A stretch of DNA of 50,227 bases from contig NC_068988.1 in NCBI RefSeq assembly GCF_001194135.2, positions 66,627,526 to 66,677,752 on the forward strand, read 5' to 3'. Below are positions 43,960 through 50,227 of the stretch, one piece after another. The stretch comes from Octopus bimaculoides. Lineage: Eukaryota. Position numbers and translations under genes: made by a program. How positions within the stretch are numbered: the stretch's first letter is position 1; each line of letters opens with the position of its first letter. Below the pieces are notes generated by a model that worked only from the letters and a program-made list of their open reading frames with translations, searched no databases and was not told the DNA's origin.

Positions 43960-44150
43960 CTTCAGCAGGGAGAGTGGCATTGACACTTCTGCTGTGGCAG
44001 ACAGGTCTTCTTGAATACAGCAAGGTGCCAGAAATGTTGGTCCACTATAAGGTTCAGTGCCCTGAGGTTGTCTTTCAGTATTTCATCATATGTCTTCTTG
44101 GGTCTCCCTCTTTCACAAGTTCCATCCACTTTGAGTGCTGCTCTGTATCT
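43960..44150 (-). mobile_element. RTE-clade LINE 3' fragment
   Basis: The minus-strand ORF contains VDGTCERGRPKKTYDEILKDNLRALNL..DQHFWHLAV, typical of the RTE ORF C-terminus (GRPRKTW.E.V..DL). It adjoins a (GAT)n-tailed retroposon end at ~43711-43905. Confidence 0.7.
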
Positions 44151-44603
44151 TAAAACAATAAATGAGATGGTCATGGTTGGAACTCCTTTGATCATAGGGT
44201 CACCTGGGACTTTAACAATTAAACAATTACCTGACTTCACATTTCTCTATCATTTTGAAAATATAGTTTTCTTCAACCATTCTTGGAATTCTCTTACTCA
44301 CCATATGATTTTAGATAACTTTGTTGAATACAAATTAAACTGAGCCACCATCTTTAGTTCTAACATACGAAACCGTTTGACTTTAAAATGTTCACATTTA
44401 TATCACAAAATATGTGCAGGTATGGTTATATGGTTAAGAAGCTCACTTTGCTACTATATGGTTCGGTCCCACAGTGTGACACCATAGGCAAGTGTGCTGA
44501 TTATAGCCTTGGGCCGACCAATGCCTTGTAACTGAATTTTGTAAATGGAAACTGCATGGATGCCTATCATATGTATATATATGTGAATATATATGTGTAT
44601 GTA

Positions 44604-44636
<33 letters not shown>

Positions 44637-44641
44637 GTATA

Positions 44642-44809
44642 TAATTTATATAAGGGCATTACTATACAATAATGCCTCACGCTAAGAGGGACTCCAAAAG
44701 TCAAAACTACCATAAGCACATTTGTACAAATGTGCTTATGGTAGTTTTGACTTTTAGAGTCCCTCTTAGCATGAGGCATTACTGTATAGTAATGCCCTTA
44801 TATAAATTA
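44642..44809. repeat. Spacer-less 168-bp palindrome
   Basis: Centre at 44725/44726 (tttgt|acaaa); 81 of 84 positions complementary. The ORF track shows nearly the same peptide on both strands. Confidence 0.95.
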
Positions 44810-44929
44810 AATATATTTATGGGAAAGAATGATGGGTTTTTTTCCCCTTATGAGGTTTTTTCACGCTAACTACTTGATAAATTCTTATAAAGTTTTTATC
44901 CTAATATTGTATATATATATATATATATA

Positions 44930-45056
44930 CAGGGTGTCCACAAGGTCTGGGTACATGGAGTAAATAAAATCATAACATAAACAATTAAATATAAGAAATA
45001 ATAATTTCTTAAAGTATGCGTTAATCCCCATGTACCCAGACTTTGTGGACACCTTG
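44930..45056. mobile_element. Tc1/mariner-type MITE, 127 bp
   Basis: TA|CAGGGTGTCCACAAGGTCTGGGTACATGG ... CCATGTACCCAGACTTTGTGGACACCTTG|TA: ~29-bp TIRs with 2 mismatches and a TA on both sides. Confidence 0.85.
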
Positions 45057-45954
45057 TATATTGAACAATGAAAATGAGTGCTTAACACTGCATTACTAAA
45101 CAAATTCTTTATTTATAGGTTAAGGTTGCCATCGGTTTCACGTTCAGAGAAGTCCCTTAATTATCAAGCCTATCCCCTGGAACATTGGCATTTAGTCATG
45201 CAGACGATATGTGATAGGCTTGATAAGTGTTGATGGACTGCCCTTAACATGAAACCAATGGTAGCCTTAATCCATATGAGTGTGTGTGTTTCTTTACCTG
45301 TTTCAGTAATTTAACTGCAGCCATGCTGGAGCACCACCTTAAAGGGTTTTAATTGAAGAAATCAACCCCAAGACTTATTCTTTGTAAGCCTAATACTTAA
45401 CTTATCAGTCTCTTTTTGACAAACACTAAGCTATGGGGACATAAATACACCAGCATTAGTTGTCAAGCAATGGCAGGAGCACAAACACAGGCAGCCACCC
45501 ACACACGCGCGCGTGTGTGTGTGTGTGAATGAAAACATTTTGGTTCAAATTTGTTAGTCATCAGCCATTTTGAATTTGAATTATTCAATATTTATTTTTG
45601 CTTGCAATAGCCAGTCCTTTTGGTCAAACTATCATATCTCCAGCTGCTTCAGATGCTAAGATATGAAAATTATCTAAGTGTTGTAACAATGGTTTAGCAT
45701 ATACAACAGCTTTGCAAAAATATTTCTGGCTGAATATATTTACGATTTTATGCACTCAATAAAGTATTATTGCTAAGCTAATGTAAACATTAGAGCCATT
45801 AAGTCGTTTGCTAATGTTTACATTAGCAACATAAACTGTTGCTAATGTAAAAAGAAATGGAATGGTGAAACTATTTTTACGTTCGCTGAAAAAGCAACGT
45901 TTTTGGACTTATGACACTTTTGCATAGTAGCAACAATATATATATATATATATA

Positions 45955-46197
45955 TCATCATCATCATCATCATCGTTTAACGTCCGCTTTCCATGCTAGC
46001 ATGGGTTGGACGATTTGACTGAGGACTGGTGAAACCGGATGGCAACACCAGGCTCCAGTCTGATTTGGCAGAGTTTCTACAGCTGGATGCCCTTCCTAAC
46101 GCCAACCACTCAGAGAGTGTAGTGGGTGCTTTTACGTGTCACCCGCACGAAAACGGCCACGCTCGAAATGGTGTCTTTTATGTGCCACCCGCACAAG
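45955..46197 (-). mobile_element. (GAT)n-tailed retroposon 3' end (runs into gap)
   Basis: Near-identical to the 31769 and 37305 copies. Confidence 0.75.
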
Positions 46198-47176
46198 NNN
46201 NNNNNNNNNNNNNNNNNNNNNNNNNNNNNNNNNNNNNNNNNNNNNNNNNNNNNNNNNNNNNNNNNNNNNNNNNNNNNNNNNNNNNNNNNNNNNNNNNNNN
46301 NNNNNNNNNNNNNNNNNNNNNNNNNNNNNNNNNNNNNNNNNNNNNNNNNNNNNNNNNNNNNNNNNNNNNNNNNNNNNNNNNNNNNNNNNNNNNNNNNNNN
46401 NNNNNNNNNNNNNNNNNNNNNNNNNNNNNNNNNNNNNNNNNNNNNNNNNNNNNNNNNNNNNNNNNNNNNNNNNNNNNNNNNNNNNNNNNNNNNNNNNNNN
46501 NNNNNNNNNNNNNNNNNNNNNNNNNNNNNNNNNNNNNNNNNNNNNNNNNNNNNNNNNNNNNNNNNNNNNNNNNNNNNNNNNNNNNNNNNNNNNNNNNNNN
46601 NNNNNNNNNNNNNNNNNNNNNNNNNNNNNNNNNNNNNNNNNNNNNNNNNNNNNNNNNNNNNNNNNNNNNNNNNNNNNNNNNNNNNNNNNNNNNNNNNNNN
46701 NNNNNNNNNNNNNNNNNNNNNNNNNNNNNNNNNNNNNNNNNNNNNNNNNNNNNNNNNNNNNNNNNNNNNNNNNNNNNNNNNNNNNNNNNNNNNNNNNNNN
46801 NNNNNNNNNNNNNNNNNNNNNNNNNNNNNNNNNNNNNNNNNNNNNNNNNNNNNNNNNNNNNNNNNNNNNNNNNNNNNNNNNNNNNNNNNNNNNNNNNNNN
46901 NNNNNNNNNNNNNNNNNNNNNNNNNNNNNNNNNNNNNNNNNNNNNNNNNNNNNNNNNNNNNNNNNNNNNNNNNNNNNNNNNNNNNNNNNNNNNNNNNNNN
47001 NNNNNNNNNNNNNNNNNNNNNNNNNNNNNNNNNNNNNNNNNNNNNNNNNNNNNNNNNNNNNNNNNNNNNNNNNNNNNNNNNNNNNNNNNNNNNNNNNNNN
47101 NNNNNNNNNNNNNNNNNNNNNNNNNNNNNNNNNNNNNNNNNNNNNNNNNNNNNNNNNNNNNNNNNNNNNNNNNNNN
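46198..47176. other. Assembly gap (largest)
   Basis: N runs; other gaps at 16494-16503, 29584-29690, 32903-33308, 34972-34984, 36027-36625, 37557-37611 and 42624-42633. Confidence 1.
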
Positions 47177-47219
<43 letters not shown>

Positions 47220-47569
47220 TACATGTGTATGTATGCTTTTGTTTGTTTCTGTGTTCATCCCTCACATAGCTTGACAACTGGTGTAGGTTTGTTTACACTC
47301 CTGTAACTTAGCAGTTCTGCACTAAAAACCAATAGACTTCAGAAGAAATAGTTGACTTGTTTGACCGAAGCCCTTTAAAGTGGGGACCTAATATGGCCAG
47401 AATGCAATGACCAAAATATGGCCAGAATGCAATGACCGAAACATGCAAAATATAAAAGATGATCTTAGTCACTCCAGCCACAAATTAAATCTTTCCATAA
47501 TTTTTGGGATAAATTTTTGTTTTTCCTTAAATTATACTCCAAAGACTAAATTAATAATGGTTTCAAAAT

Positions 47570-47767
47570 TTAGCACAAGGCCAGTAAGTTAAGGAGAGTG
47601 GTCAAGTCAATTCCATCAACCCCAGTGCTCAACTGGTACTTGTTTTATTGACCCTGAAAATTTGAAAGGCAAAGTTGACTTCAGCAGAATTTGAACTCAG
47701 AACATCAAGACGGATGAAATGCCGCTAAGCATTTTGCCTGGCATGCAAACAATTCTGCCAGTTCACT
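47570..47767 (-). mobile_element. SINE, third family
   Basis: Same motif string as the 40315 copy. Confidence 0.7.
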
Positions 47768-48894
47768 GCAACGTTTTGGACTTATGACACTTTTGCATAA
47801 TAGCAACAATATATATATATATTAATAATGATAAGGAAAAATCATTTTACTAAATTCCTTTAAATTCTTGATATTTAAAATAGATTAATTGAAATGGTGT
47901 ATTTTCTTTGAAATATGGTCAGGAAAAGGTTAGAAAGAAATAGTAAACTAGAATTGTCAATTAGAGAAATTGTGTATTTGTCTTCACAGCAATCTGCTGA
48001 CAATTGATTGAAAATGCCTGTAAGTGATATAGATTATTTGAAGATCTTTATCACATGTATGGAGATACAAAGACCTCATTAAGTTGACTAAATGTACAAG
48101 TTTCTCAGAGAGACAATGAAAGGAGTATTCCACTTGAGACACAGTTCAGGTGGTACTACCGTTACCTTTATCTCCATCATCTACTATCACCAACACTTCT
48201 ACAACAACCACTACTACTACCTCCACTGATACTGCCACCAGTAAGACCACTACTACTTGTACTGCAAGCCACAACTATTAACACCACCACCGCTGCCGCC
48301 GCCACCACTACCACCATCATTACCACTACCACCACCACAACCATTACCACTACCACCACCACCATTACCACTACTTCCACTATTTCTACACTGAAGAAAC
48401 GATTAGGTGAATAACAATCTAACAAGCCCGAAGAATGCAACAACAGAGAAATAACAAGGCAACAAATCTCTATATATCAATGATGGTAGTGGTGGTGGCG
48501 GTTGCAGTGGTGTTGGTGGTGGTTGCAGTGGTGGCAGTGATGGTGATTGCATCAGTGGCAGTGGTGTGGTGGTGGTGGTGGTGGTGGTGGTGGTGGTGGT
48601 GAGATGAAGTGACTACAGTTGCACCAATCATCTACAACAAGGGTTTGTAAACTATGGTCCACAAGTCAAGTCTAACGTGATGGCTTCATATCATCCAACC
48701 TTTAGATTTCATTGAATATATTTCATCAAAAGTCCTTGTCTCTATACATCAATGATGGAAGTGGTGGTGGCAGTTGCAGTGGTGATGGTGGTGATTGCAG
48801 TGGTGGTGACGGCATCAGTTGACAAACAATAAAATCTTGTCACAAAAGAAGTTAAGTTTTCGCACAGGCCTCAGATAAGATATTTTTTTAATAA

Positions 48895-49255
48895 TAAGCC
48901 CATCGTGTGTGTGTGCATACCTGTGTATGTGTGTGTGAATGTGTGTGCATGTGCATGTGTTTGTTTGTGTTTGTCCCCCACCACCGCTTGACAACAGGTG
49001 GTAGTGTGTTTACATCCCTATAACTTGGTCGTTTCAGAAAAAAGACCGTCTTTGTGACCATGTTTGTCCCACCACCAACACTTGACAACTGTTGTTGGCA
49101 TGTTTACATCTGTTACTTATGAGTTCACCAAAAGAGATCGATAAAATAAGCACTACGCTTAAAAAAAAACGTACTGGGGTCAATTCATTTGCCTATAATT
49201 CTTGAAGACAATGCCACAGTCTAATGACAGAAACAAGTAAAAGATAAAAGAGAAA
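48895..49255 (+). mobile_element. SINE 3' half with internal duplication
   Basis: tttgtccc(c)accacc..cttgacaac..gtttacatc occurs twice in tandem, followed by the family tail aaacaagtaaaagataaaag. Confidence 0.65.
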
Positions 49256-50227
49256 AGATACATTCTCTTAAATGAACAAACCCACAGAGAACTCACAGCA
49301 TCTCATTTACTGCTGCAATATGATTAACAGGAAACATTGAATCTAAGAAAGGAAAGTGGTGGAAAAATATTGTCTTTGAAGAGAAGCAGGTAGACAGACT
49401 AGTGTCACATTAATCCTGAAGCCACAACTAATCCTAGCTATATTATATCATACAGGGTATGACTTAACACTGCACCCAGTAGTGAGACCCTGATTTAAGA
49501 GTTCCAGCCACTATTGTTCCCAGGTCTATTCTGACCTGGAGTAGTAGCTATAGGTTCATTAGCATATCATGGAATTACCTCCAGAATAAGATCGCTTACA
49601 GGCACCCCCAATGGGCCCAGGTCTTATGCGGTCCTTCAGCTTTTTAGGTGTTCATCGAAGAGCATCACACAGATTCGGCATCCTGATAACTACTGGTCTT
49701 GTGATGCTCATTGCACCAGACCAGTACTTGTTCAAAAGATGAGAGAAAGGAATTGGCTCTGCACAAACCACATCCACTATACTCTCTTTTTTACTCTTTT
49801 ACTTGTTTCAGTCTTTTGACTGTGGCCATACTGGAGCACCGCTTTTAGCTAAGCAAATCGACCCCACGACTTATTGTTTGTAAGCCTAGTACTTATTCTA
49901 TCTGTTTCTTTTGTTGAACTGCTAAGTTACGGGGACATAAACACACCAGCATCGGTTGTCAAGCAATGTTGTGGGGACAAACACAGACACACAAACACAA
50001 ACACAAACACACATACATAGATACATATAAGTAGGAAGGTAGATAAAACACAAACCCCTTCAGGTAGATGGCCCTGCTCAGTATGCAGAAAAGGAGTAGG
50101 TAGTAACTCTATAAGATGTACCCGGTGCAAGCTATGGACACATAAGAGGTGCAGCAATATCAAAGGCAGATTAACTACGAAGTTAGTTTTTGTATGTGGC
50201 AGATGTTCAGGTGCAATAAAGACTGTA

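Noticed and set aside
44567-44869. Same peptide encoded on both strands
   Set aside because: A trivial consequence of the DNA palindrome, not evidence of coding

Overview
AT-rich, microsatellite- and SINE-dense animal DNA with several N gaps. The repeat content (tRNA-derived SINEs with (GAT)n tails, CORE-like SINEs, RTE fragments) suggests a coleoid cephalopod, probably Octopus; this is an inference. The only supported protein-coding gene is the 3' part of a + strand receptor guanylyl cyclase (atrial natriuretic peptide receptor 1-like). I assembled seven exons by hand (4296-4439, 18290-18413, 20816-20884, 21565-21739, 26135-26233, 27060-27151, 34230-34352). All junctions are GT-AG, and they splice into one 274-codon frame covering the coiled-coil and an intact cyclase catalytic domain. 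The 5' exons lie upstream of the window. The rest is intronic or intergenic: a decayed Tigger/pogo transposon, a non-autonomous Helitron, mariner and RTE fragments, MITEs, many SINEs and two minisatellites. Most notable are several features that could each cut the receptor off between the coiled-coil and the cyclase domain. These are an exon whose first 7 nt regenerate the upstream donor (recursive-splice motif), a duplicated intronic block carrying acceptor-plus-stop micro-exon candidates, and an intron read-through ending in a hydrophobic tail. Several long fold-back structures also stand out, including a spacer-less 168-bp palindrome and a ~440-bp hairpin with a perfect 42-bp core. All functional readings are hypotheses with no expression data behind them.
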